From an uncultured Akkermansia sp. (GTDB taxonomy: Bacteria > Verrucomicrobiota > Verrucomicrobiia > Opitutales > Opitutaceae), in contig CAYNUW010000001.1 of assembly GCA_964400455.1 (NCBI GenBank), positions 1 to 46,887 of the forward strand: 46,887 nt of DNA, given 5' to 3'. The first letter of the stretch is position 1, and each line of letters begins with the position of its first letter. Below, in pieces: positions 18,637 to 26,551 of this stretch. The position numbers and the translations under genes are program-made. The notes beneath the pieces are model-generated. The model did not search any database, was not told the origin of the DNA, and was given only the letters and a program-made list of their open reading frames with translations.

Positions 18637-19617
18637 ATGCCGGACACCGCTTTTGCAGATGCGACCAGCGCCTTGGCTCTAACCTTGGGCATCCCTTGCG
18701 CCGATCTTCGCGATCCCCCTCGGCAATCCGACTGGAGGCGCACCCAGGTCGCCTTGGAAGAGTTGCGCGACCTGCCGTCGCTGCGCGGACTCGCCCGCCG
18801 CTTCGCCCAAACCGTCGAGCAGGACTATTGCTTGCTCGACGAGGTCGTCGCCGAGGTCGAACGCGACCCCGCGCTAACCCTAAACGTGCTTCGTCGGGCC
18901 AACTCGGCCGCCACCGGTGTTCGCGAACGAGTTCAAGACCTCGAGCAGGCCCTGCAACTGCTCGGCGTGGTGCGCGTTCGCATGATGGCCCAGCTGCAAA
19001 GCGCGCTGGAGGATGCCCGCGCGCTCGCCCCGGGCTTTGACTGGAGCCACCTCTGGATGCACTCCGCCGCCTGCGCCGGCCTGGCCGATCGCCTCGACCA
19101 TGAACTGGGACTCCGGCTCGGCCCCTCGGTCCACCTCGCCGCGCTACTCCATGACGTGGGAAAAATCGCGCTCTCCGCCGTCGCGCCCCAGGCCTACCGT
19201 TCCATTCTGGTTGCCGCTTGGTCCACCCGTGTCGAACTCCCTGGCTTGGAGGAAGCTCGGCTCGGCATCGATCACCGCGAAGCCGGCTGGATCGTGGGCC
19301 GCGAGGCCGAACTGCCCGCCCCCATCCTCAGCGCCATCGCCCACCATGACGCCGCCGACCGCGCGCCCGAAAGCCACCGAGCACTCGTCGCCACCGTCGC
19401 CGTCGCCAACTGGCTGGCCCGCGCCCACGGCCTGGGCTTCAGCGGCAACGGCGTGCCCGTCTCCGGCCCCCTGGCCGAAAGCGAGGCCTGGCAGGCCCTC
19501 GCCTCAATCCTCGACCAATCACTGGACCCCGACGCCCTCGAAGAGCTCTGCGTCACCGAGTGGCTGCCGCCCATCCGCGCCGAGCTGCGCGCCATGCGCA
19601 GCGCCGAACTCGCCTGA
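18637..19617 (+). CDS. HDOD domain-containing protein
   Basis: DLPSL, ERDPALTLNVLRRANS, LWMHS, ALLHDVGK, LGIDHREAG, AIAHH. Confidence 0.92.
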   Translation: MPDTAFADATSALALTLGIPCADLRDPPRQSDWRRTQVALEELRDLPSLRGLARRFAQTVEQDYCLLDEVVAEVERDPALTLNVLRRANSAATGVRERVQDLEQALQLLGVVRVRMMAQLQSALEDARALAPGFDWSHLWMHSAACAGLADRLDHELGLRLGPSVHLAALLHDVGKIALSAVAPQAYRSILVAAWSTRVELPGLEEARLGIDHREAGWIVGREAELPAPILSAIAHHDAADRAPESHRALVATVAVANWLARAHGLGFSGNGVPVSGPLAESEAWQALASILDQSLDPDALEELCVTEWLPPIRAELRAMRSAELA

Positions 19618-19642
19618 CCTCCCCGCACCGTCTGCGGAGTGC

Positions 19643-21484
19643 TTACCCGAATCGCTGCCGCGGATTGGTTTCCAAAAACTCCGCGATCCTTCGCACAAAG
19701 GTCCCCCCGAATTCCTCGCGCTTCTTCTCACCCATGCCGAAGACCCCGTGCAGATCAGCCTCGCGCAGCGGATAGTCTCGCGCCAGCTGCCGCAGCGTTT
19801 TGTCTCCAAAAATCACATACGCCGGCACCCCGCGCTCGTCGGCCAGGCTCTTGCGCAGCCGCTTCAGCTCCGCCAGCAGGATCTCGTCGCACTCCACGTC
19901 GCCGTCGCGACGGATCGGTGAACGACGCGCCTTGGGCGTCAGCTCGGAGGGTTTGGTCAGCGTGATCGAACGCCGCGCCTTTAACAGCTCCGAGCCCAGC
20001 GGCGTAAGCTCCAACGTCGGATACTCGCCCCCGCCGGCGCACACATAGCCCAGCCGCTGCAACTCGCGGCCGACCGCCAGCCAGTGATGCCGCGGCCGGT
20101 CGCCGCCGATACCGTAGGTGCTCAACCGCTCATGTCCCCAGCTGCGTATCTTCTCCGTGTCGGCCCCCACCAATACCTCGACCACATGGTTCAAGCCAAC
20201 CCCGAATCGCGAGGCCTGCCGGCACCGATAAACGCAGGAAAGAAACTTCTGGGCGTCGATCGTCCCGTCGAAGGTCTCGCGCGGCTCCAGGCAGTTGTCG
20301 CACGCCTCGCATTGGTCGAGCGGAAACGTCTCGCCGAAATACGCCAGTAACTCCCTCCTCCGGCACGCCGTGCCTTCCGCGTAATCGGCCATCAAGCGCA
20401 GCTGCCGCCGCGCCCGGGCTTGCTCCTCCGCATCGCTCATCTCGTCAATGAAGTGGGTCTGCTTGGCGATGTCGCCCCCGCTGTAGAGCAGCAAACAATC
20501 GGACGGCAGCCCGTCGCGTCCCGCGCGGCCCGTCTCCTGGTAGTAGCCCTCCAGATTCTTGGGCAGGTCGTGGTGGATGACCCACCGAACGTTGGGTTTA
20601 TTGATCCCCATGCCAAAGGCGATGGTCGCACAGATGATCTTGGTCTCGTCCCGCAGAAAAGACTCCTGATTGCTCGCCCGGGTGTCGGCTTCCAACCCCG
20701 CATGATACGCCCGCGCCGCGTAGCCCCGTCCGGTGAGCGCCTCGGCCGTTCGCTCGGCCGCCGCCCGCGAAGCGTGGTAGATGATGCCGCTCTCGTCCTC
20801 GCGTCGCCTCACCCACGCCACGATTTGATCAATCGGCTTTTCCTTGGGCTGCACCTTGTAGGTCAGGTTGGGGCGGTTGAACGACGCCACAAACACCGCC
20901 GGCTCACGCAGCCGCAGATGCTCGATGATGTCTTTCCTCACCCGCTCCGTGGCCGTCGCGGTCAGCGCGATAAACGGCACCTCGGGCAGCAGGTCGCGCA
21001 GCAGGGCGATTTGCCGAAACTCGGGCCGAAAATCATGCCCCCATTCCGAAATGCAGTGCGCCTCGTCGATCGCCAGACAAGTCACCTTCCACGCGCGCAG
21101 ATTTTCCTTCCAATTGTCCAACATCAACCGCTCCGGCGCCACGTAAAGCAGGCGAAACTCCCCCCGGTGCAAACCAGCCAACCGCGAACGCGCCGCGGCG
21201 GGATCAAGCGAGGAGTTCAGGAAGGTCGCCGCCACGCCCGCCGCCTGCAACTGATCCACCTGGTCCTTCATCAAGGCGATCAAGGGCGACACCACCACCG
21301 TCAACCCCGACCGGTGAAGCGCCGGCAGCTGAAAACACATCGACTTGCCGCCCCCGGTGGGAAGCAGCGCGAGCACATCGCGACCGGCCAGCGAGGTCTC
21401 GATGATCTCGCGCTGCAAGGGCCTAAACCCATCATAACCGAACACCGTTTCGAGCGAATGGAGCAGTTCTTCGAGCGCAGGCAC
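19643..21484 (-). CDS. recQ: ATP-dependent DNA helicase RecQ
   Basis: PTGGGKS, DEAHCISEWGHDFRPE, TAT, YYQETGRAGRDG, Zn-binding CRR...CEACDNC, RQC and HRDC domains. Confidence 0.97.
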   Translation of the reverse strand: MPALEELLHSLETVFGYDGFRPLQREIIETSLAGRDVLALLPTGGGKSMCFQLPALHRSGLTVVVSPLIALMKDQVDQLQAAGVAATFLNSSLDPAAARSRLAGLHRGEFRLLYVAPERLMLDNWKENLRAWKVTCLAIDEAHCISEWGHDFRPEFRQIALLRDLLPEVPFIALTATATERVRKDIIEHLRLREPAVFVASFNRPNLTYKVQPKEKPIDQIVAWVRRREDESGIIYHASRAAAERTAEALTGRGYAARAYHAGLEADTRASNQESFLRDETKIICATIAFGMGINKPNVRWVIHHDLPKNLEGYYQETGRAGRDGLPSDCLLLYSGGDIAKQTHFIDEMSDAEEQARARRQLRLMADYAEGTACRRRELLAYFGETFPLDQCEACDNCLEPRETFDGTIDAQKFLSCVYRCRQASRFGVGLNHVVEVLVGADTEKIRSWGHERLSTYGIGGDRPRHHWLAVGRELQRLGYVCAGGGEYPTLELTPLGSELLKARRSITLTKPSELTPKARRSPIRRDGDVECDEILLAELKRLRKSLADERGVPAYVIFGDKTLRQLARDYPLREADLHGVFGMGEKKREEFGGTFVRRIAEFLETNPRQRFG

Positions 21485-21513
21485 AGTCGTTTGTTTATGG
21501 TTGGAAGTTCAGT

Positions 21514-22410
21514 TCAGCTCTCACGCACCAGCCAGTGCACCCCGCCTTGTGCGCCCGCCCCTTTGGCCAGCACCGGAGCGAGCTCCCGCGCCAGCTCGTC
21601 GAGTTCGGGGGCCAGGCCATAGGGTGGATTCAGCACCAGCACGCCGCATCCCCACAGCTTCAAGCCCGCACTTTCGTCACCGATCAACAGCTCGACCGTC
21701 AGGCAGGGCGGCAGATTTTTCAATGCGAGCAGGTTTCGGTAAAAATCCGCCACCCGCGCACGCGCCGTCAGCGGATACCACACCGTAAACACCCCCGCCG
21801 GCAGCCGGCGCAATCCTTCGGCCAGCGCCGCCACCAACTCCGACCACTCACCCGGTTGCTCAAACGGCGGATCCAACAGCACCAAGGCCCGCCGCTCCGG
21901 CGGCGGAAGCACCGCCCTCACCGCGCCGTAACCGTCCGCCTCCTGCACCGCCACCCGCCGCCGTGTGCCCAGACTATCGGCCAGAGCCGCCGCCTCCTCG
22001 GGATGACGCTCATATAACATGGCCCGGTCCTGCGGCCGCAGCTTCGCCACCGCCAGCGCCGGTGAACCTGGATAAAAACGCGGAACCTCTCCCGCCGCCG
22101 CCGCCGGCAAACCCGCCGCAGCCCGGGCTTCGGCGTCAAACTCACGCACCACCGCCAGGTAATCGGCCAACGCCACCGAGCGCCGCGCCAAACCAAACAC
22201 CCGCCCCAGTCCGTCCGGCCACTCCGGCGCACGCTCCTGACTCGCCCCGTTCGCCGCCGCCGCCAAGTCATACCCGCCCCGCCCCGCGTGGGTATCGAGA
22301 TAGAGAAACCCCTTCTCCTTGACCTGCATCGCGGCGATCAACCGCAACAACACGGCGTGCTTCAGCACATCCGCAAAATTGGCCGCGTGGAAGCGGTGAC
22401 GGTAGTTCAT
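21514..22410 (-). CDS. rlmJ: 23S rRNA (adenine(2030)-N6)-methyltransferase RlmJ
   Basis: MNYRHRFHAANFADVLKH, YLDTHAGRG, FYPGSP, LVLLDPPFE, WYPL, VLNPP. Confidence 0.93.
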   Translation of the reverse strand: MNYRHRFHAANFADVLKHAVLLRLIAAMQVKEKGFLYLDTHAGRGGYDLAAAANGASQERAPEWPDGLGRVFGLARRSVALADYLAVVREFDAEARAAAGLPAAAAGEVPRFYPGSPALAVAKLRPQDRAMLYERHPEEAAALADSLGTRRRVAVQEADGYGAVRAVLPPPERRALVLLDPPFEQPGEWSELVAALAEGLRRLPAGVFTVWYPLTARARVADFYRNLLALKNLPPCLTVELLIGDESAGLKLWGCGVLVLNPPYGLAPELDELARELAPVLAKGAGAQGGVHWLVRES

Positions 22411-22434
22411 GCGAACACAAGGCGACGCCACGCC

Positions 22435-22947
22435 TCAACGGCCGGCCACCAGCGCCACCGGCACCTTCACCACCGTCTTGCGCACCAAGATTGGTTCGCC
22501 GTCCGCCAACGAAGGCAGATGCGCGTCAGCCGGATAAAACACCGCTAAACCACCCGGCCCCACCGCCAACATCGAAACCCCGCCCTCCGGCGCCGCGAAA
22601 AACATCAGATCGCGCTCCGCCCGATAATCCTCCGTCAACCGCAGCCCCGCGACCTCGCACACCCCCATGCGTTCCCGGCCGGAAACCACCACCTGGATGT
22701 CGATCATGCGCTCGTGCGCCTCCCACTTCGCCGCCGCCTCGGCCTTGCCCACGTAGGCCTGCTCCAAGGCAAAAATTCCATCGCCCAACTCCACGCGCTC
22801 GGTCACTCCCTCCGGCACCGCCGCGATCCGCGCCGCCTCCACGCTGCCCGGCGTCAGACAACGCGCCACATACTCGAGTGAACGCACAAAAGCGGGCGCC
22901 GCCGCCAACTGGGTTTGAATGGTAGTAAGAGATCCAAAAAGGGCCAT
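22435..22947 (-). CDS. YhcH/YjgK/YiaL (NanQ/TabA-like) family protein
   Basis: WEAHERMIDIQVVVSGRE, VFYPADAHLP, VRKTVVKVP. ATG at 22947. Confidence 0.88.
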   Translation of the reverse strand: MALFGSLTTIQTQLAAAPAFVRSLEYVARCLTPGSVEAARIAAVPEGVTERVELGDGIFALEQAYVGKAEAAAKWEAHERMIDIQVVVSGRERMGVCEVAGLRLTEDYRAERDLMFFAAPEGGVSMLAVGPGGLAVFYPADAHLPSLADGEPILVRKTVVKVPVALVAGR

Positions 22948-23043
22948 GCCCAAACCGTCAGTCCGCCTACCCTCCGGCGGCAAGCATGGAGGCACGCCAC
23001 CACCAACTTCCCTCCGCCCACCTTCTCAGGCGCCACAACAATC

Positions 23044-23083
23044 GAGCCGCCTCGACCAAAGTCGGGGCGGCTCATTTGTTATT
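23044..23083 (+). terminator. Terminator-like hairpin in the YhcH-hisB intergenic region
   Basis: 13-bp stem GAGCCGCCTCGAC / CAAA / GTCGGGGCGGCTC (one G-U pair on +) followed by ATTTGTTATT. Confidence 0.6.
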
Positions 23084-23391
23084 CGGCGCAGGGCCGTAGC
23101 GCGGCTAAGGCGCTTATCTTCGTCTGTAGATGAGGCGGAGTAATTCGATCACGAGTATGTTTTCGATTCCGAGGCCTATCCTGAACTGACAACGAACTCT
23201 GACATTTCCTAACCACTGACTTACTAACGCTAACCGTGGTCTTTCGGCCACGTCCCCAAGATAGCAGATCATCGGTTACAATGCCACCGGCATGAATGTA
23301 GGAAGCCCCCCCACCCCAAATCACCGCACCGTAGCCCCTGCGCCTTCGCCCGACACCCGGCCTCGACAATCTCGCCCGCTCCCACAACAAC

Positions 23392-23997
23392 ATGACTCCC
23401 ATGTCCGCCGCCCGCACCGCCTCCCTCTCCCGCCAGACCGCCGAGACCGACATCAAACTCAGCCTCGTCGTGGACGGCTCCGGCCGCTCCAACATCGCCA
23501 CCGGCGTGCCCTTCTTCGACCACATGCTCACGCTCTTCGCGCGTCACGGCCACTTCGACCTCGACGTGACCTGTGTCGGTGACGTCGCGGTGGACTATCA
23601 CCACACCGTCGAAGACGTCGGCCTCGTGCTCGGCGACGCCTTCAAACGCGCCCTTGGCGATAAACGCGGCATCGTGCGCTACGGTTTCTTCTACGTCCCG
23701 ATGGACGAGGCCCTCGCCCGCGTGGTGGTGGACCTCTCCGGGCGCGCCGCCCTCGTCTACGACGTGCAGGCCCCCACCATGTATGTGCGGGATTTTAACC
23801 TGATCCTCGTCAAGGAATTCGCCCGCGCCTTTAGCAACGCCCTCGGCTGCAACCTCCACGTCAAACTCGACTACGGCGAAGAGCCGCACCACGTCGCCGA
23901 GGCCATCTTCAAGGCCCTCGCTCGCGCCCTCGACGCCGCCGTCACCCTCGACCCGCGCGACGCCGACCGCATTCCCAGCACCAAAGGCGCGCTCTGA
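23392..23997 (+). CDS. hisB: Imidazoleglycerol-phosphate dehydratase
   Basis: [50 protein letters not shown]. Start may be ATG 23401. Confidence 0.97.
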   Translation: MTPMSAARTASLSRQTAETDIKLSLVVDGSGRSNIATGVPFFDHMLTLFARHGHFDLDVTCVGDVAVDYHHTVEDVGLVLGDAFKRALGDKRGIVRYGFFYVPMDEALARVVVDLSGRAALVYDVQAPTMYVRDFNLILVKEFARAFSNALGCNLHVKLDYGEEPHHVAEAIFKALARALDAAVTLDPRDADRIPSTKGAL

Positions 23998-24028
23998 GCC
24001 GGCCTCGCCACACCACCGCCCGCCACCC

Positions 24029-24652
24029 ATGATCGCCGTCATCGACAACGGTATCTGCAACCTGCGCTCCGTCACCAAGGCCCTCGAGGCCGTGGGCGCG
24101 GAGATCCGCGTCGTCCGCAACCCCGCCGAAATAGCCGCCACCGCCCCCCGCGGCCTCGTCCTGCCCGGCGTCGGCGCCCTGCGCGACTGCGTGGCCGAGC
24201 TGCGCGCCACCGGTCTCGACGCCGCCGTGCGCGACTGGATCGCCGCCGACCGCCCGTTCCTCGGGGTCTGCCTCGGTATGCAGGCCCTTTTTGAACATTC
24301 CGAAGAGGGCGACACCGCCGGCCTCGGCATCTTCCCTGGACGGGTCGAGCGTTTCCGCCGGCCGCCTGAGTTTAAGATCCCCCACATGGGCTGGAACCCC
24401 GTGCGCTTTACCCAGACCGAATCGCCCCTGCGCGCCGGACTGGAGACCGAGGGCGAATTCTTCTATTTTGTGCACAGCTTTCACTGCCGCCCGGCCGACC
24501 CCGGCCTCGTGCTCGCCGAGTGCGACTACGGCGGCACGTTTACCGCCGCCATCGCCCGAGGCCGCTGCTTCGCCACCCAGTTCCACCCCGAAAAGAGCCA
24601 GACCAAGGGACTGCGCATCTACCAAAACTTCGCCGCGGTGGCCGCCGCGTAA
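24029..24652 (+). CDS. hisH: Imidazole glycerol phosphate synthase glutamine amidotransferase subunit
   Basis: NLRSV, LPGVGA, GVCLGMQ, KIPHMGWN, YFVHSF, QFHPEKS. Confidence 0.96.
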   Translation: MIAVIDNGICNLRSVTKALEAVGAEIRVVRNPAEIAATAPRGLVLPGVGALRDCVAELRATGLDAAVRDWIAADRPFLGVCLGMQALFEHSEEGDTAGLGIFPGRVERFRRPPEFKIPHMGWNPVRFTQTESPLRAGLETEGEFFYFVHSFHCRPADPGLVLAECDYGGTFTAAIARGRCFATQFHPEKSQTKGLRIYQNFAAVAAA

Positions 24653-24670
24653 CCAGCTGGCGGATATACC

Positions 24671-24973
24671 ATGTCCACGACCGCCGAGCTCCACTGCTCG
24701 ATCCCCGTCCACGCACAACCCGGCGCCAGCCGCGACGAGGTGCGAGGTTGGACCGGTGACGCCTGGCGGGTGCGGGTGCGCGCCCCGGCGCTCGACGGGC
24801 GCGCCAACGAGGCCTTGTGCGAGATTCTGGCCGAGGCGCTGGGCCTGCGCGCCGGCGCGCTCGACGTCACTCACGGCACCAAAGGCCGCCGCAAACTCGT
24901 CCGCGTGCGCGGGCTGAATGCGGAGGAAACCGCCGCACGCCTCGCCCAGGCCACCAAAGAAACCGCCGGGTGA
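24671..24973 (+). CDS. DUF167/YggU (UPF0235) family protein
   Basis: VHAQPGASR, VRVRAPALDGRANEAL, HGTKGRRK. Confidence 0.88.
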   Translation: MSTTAELHCSIPVHAQPGASRDEVRGWTGDAWRVRVRAPALDGRANEALCEILAEALGLRAGALDVTHGTKGRRKLVRVRGLNAEETAARLAQATKETAG

Positions 24974-24985
24974 GCGGGATTCCAA

Positions 24986-26053
24986 CTACCCGCGCCGACC
25001 GCGCCCACGCCCCTTGTTCGTTTTACTTGCGGAACGACTCGACCGCCGAGGCAGTTCCCATCCCTCGATGGTGTATTCGAGCTCGGCAAGCTCACGGCGC
25101 AACATGGCGATGTCGTGCGACAGCTCGGCCTCGGTTTGTTTATGCATCGCCACGCGTTTTTTCTCCGTGAGCGTGAAGCGCCACGAGGGCGCCTTGCGGT
25201 AGTTGCGCAGCTTACGCTGCACATCCCGGCGTGCAGCGTGCAGCTCCTCAATGGCCTCACGCAACCGCCCGAGGGCGGAGTGTTCATTGATCACGTCATG
25301 CGCGGTTTCCCATTCTATCTCCAGACGCGCCAGCCAGTCGACGTCACGCGCCGCCCACGCCTGCTGCACTTCGTGCCACACGCGCTCGCGCAAAGACGTC
25401 CACTCGCCCCCGCGATCCGGATGCAAGTGCTGCACCAAGCGCCGATAGATATCCCGCGCCGCCGGCTGCTCCCGCTCCCGCTCTCCAAACAGCTTAAAGA
25501 AATCGAGCCCATCGGCGCCGTCATCGCTAAAAGCCTCCCTTCCCCGCGCGTCCCCATCCGCCTTGGATGTCCGGCCGAATAAACCGTCAAAAAAGTCGTC
25601 CAGATCATCATCATCGTCATCGTCAGCCTCGGGCCCTCCGTCCCCCTGCTCTGCGCGCTCCGCCGCCTCCTTCTCCGCCATCTTGCGCTCAAACGCTTCC
25701 GGATCGGCTCGGTATTCCTTATACTCCTGCCAAAGGTCCCGGTAGGACCGCCCGGTCATCATCGCCATGCGCTGCACCTGCTGCACTTGCCCGGCCAGCA
25801 TCATCACTTTGGCGTGCAACTCCCGTGCTTCGGAAACCTTGGCCGCAAACGTGGTGTGCAGCCAGCGCACATACTCCGGCATATCGGTATTTTCGTGCCG
25901 ATGCAGATCCTGGGCCGCCTTCTCCTGCAGTCGTTGCGCACGCTTGAACTCTGCCCATGCCTGCTGCTGCAACGGCCGCTGGTCGATCAGCACGAGCGCC
26001 GTGCTGGAAGGGCCGTCCTGTTTGGGACGAGGAGCAGAATAACGGAACGACAT
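24986..26053 (-). CDS. Coiled-coil protein with an internal J-domain-like segment
   Basis: ARDIYRRLVQHLHPDRGG...WHEVQQAW with an HPD motif, flanked by coiled coils and an acidic tract. Start uncertain (26053 or 26065). Confidence 0.75.
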   Translation of the reverse strand: MSFRYSAPRPKQDGPSSTALVLIDQRPLQQQAWAEFKRAQRLQEKAAQDLHRHENTDMPEYVRWLHTTFAAKVSEARELHAKVMMLAGQVQQVQRMAMMTGRSYRDLWQEYKEYRADPEAFERKMAEKEAAERAEQGDGGPEADDDDDDDLDDFFDGLFGRTSKADGDARGREAFSDDGADGLDFFKLFGEREREQPAARDIYRRLVQHLHPDRGGEWTSLRERVWHEVQQAWAARDVDWLARLEIEWETAHDVINEHSALGRLREAIEELHAARRDVQRKLRNYRKAPSWRFTLTEKKRVAMHKQTEAELSHDIAMLRRELAELEYTIEGWELPRRSSRSASKTNKGRGRGRRG

Positions 26054-26288
26054 GAATCGCCCCATATTTCGCCCCACCCCGCCCTTGGCGAGCCCGACGA
26101 ACGTCATTTTTGGAGACCAAGCGAGCCTGCCCCTGAAATTTCCGTAAAATCAAGCCACCCCACGCGGCTACCGTTACAAAGTATCGGCCTGATCCAATAA
26201 ATTATCACCCGTCACTATTATCCAGTAATTACCAGCGGACGGGAGGCAAGGCAGGCGGAGGCGGATCGCGTAAGACACAAGCACCCCA

Positions 26289-26321
26289 CAAGCCAATGTT
26301 CGTATTACGAACATTGGCTTG
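26289..26321. repeat. 33-bp extragenic palindrome, copy 2
   Basis: CAAGCCAATGTTCGTA-T-TACGAACATTGGCTTG, 16-bp perfect arms. Confidence 0.9.
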
Positions 26322-26551
26322 GTCGCGAAGGACAATTAGTCACAAGATAAAATAGACAGGTTATTAAATGACAGTTTTCCGCACTGGCTGCGCTGACGCG
26401 GCAGCAGGACCCCCAACCACACACGCGAGGCGGTCCGCGACGATTCGCGGTCTCCGAGTTTACCTTAATCGGCCGTGAAACGTTGCCATATCCTCGGCAA
26501 TTCGACTGGCTGAACCATCCCCGTGCCCCGCGCACCAGATCCCCTCCCCCT

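Noticed and set aside
23044-23073. GAGCCG...CGGCTC hairpin as group II intron domain V
   Set aside because: It lacks the domain V bulge and GNRA loop, and no domain VI or RT gene is present; it fits an ordinary terminator-like stem.
23222-23228. TACTAAC, the yeast spliceosomal branch-point sequence
   Set aside because: The context is clearly bacterial; treated only as part of the CTRAC cluster.
23114-23272. 52-aa minus-strand ORF (MICYLGDVAERPRLALVSQW...LIYRRR)
   Set aside because: Codon usage (TTA, ATA, AGA) is unlike neighbouring genes and no motif is recognisable; not excluded, but unsupported.
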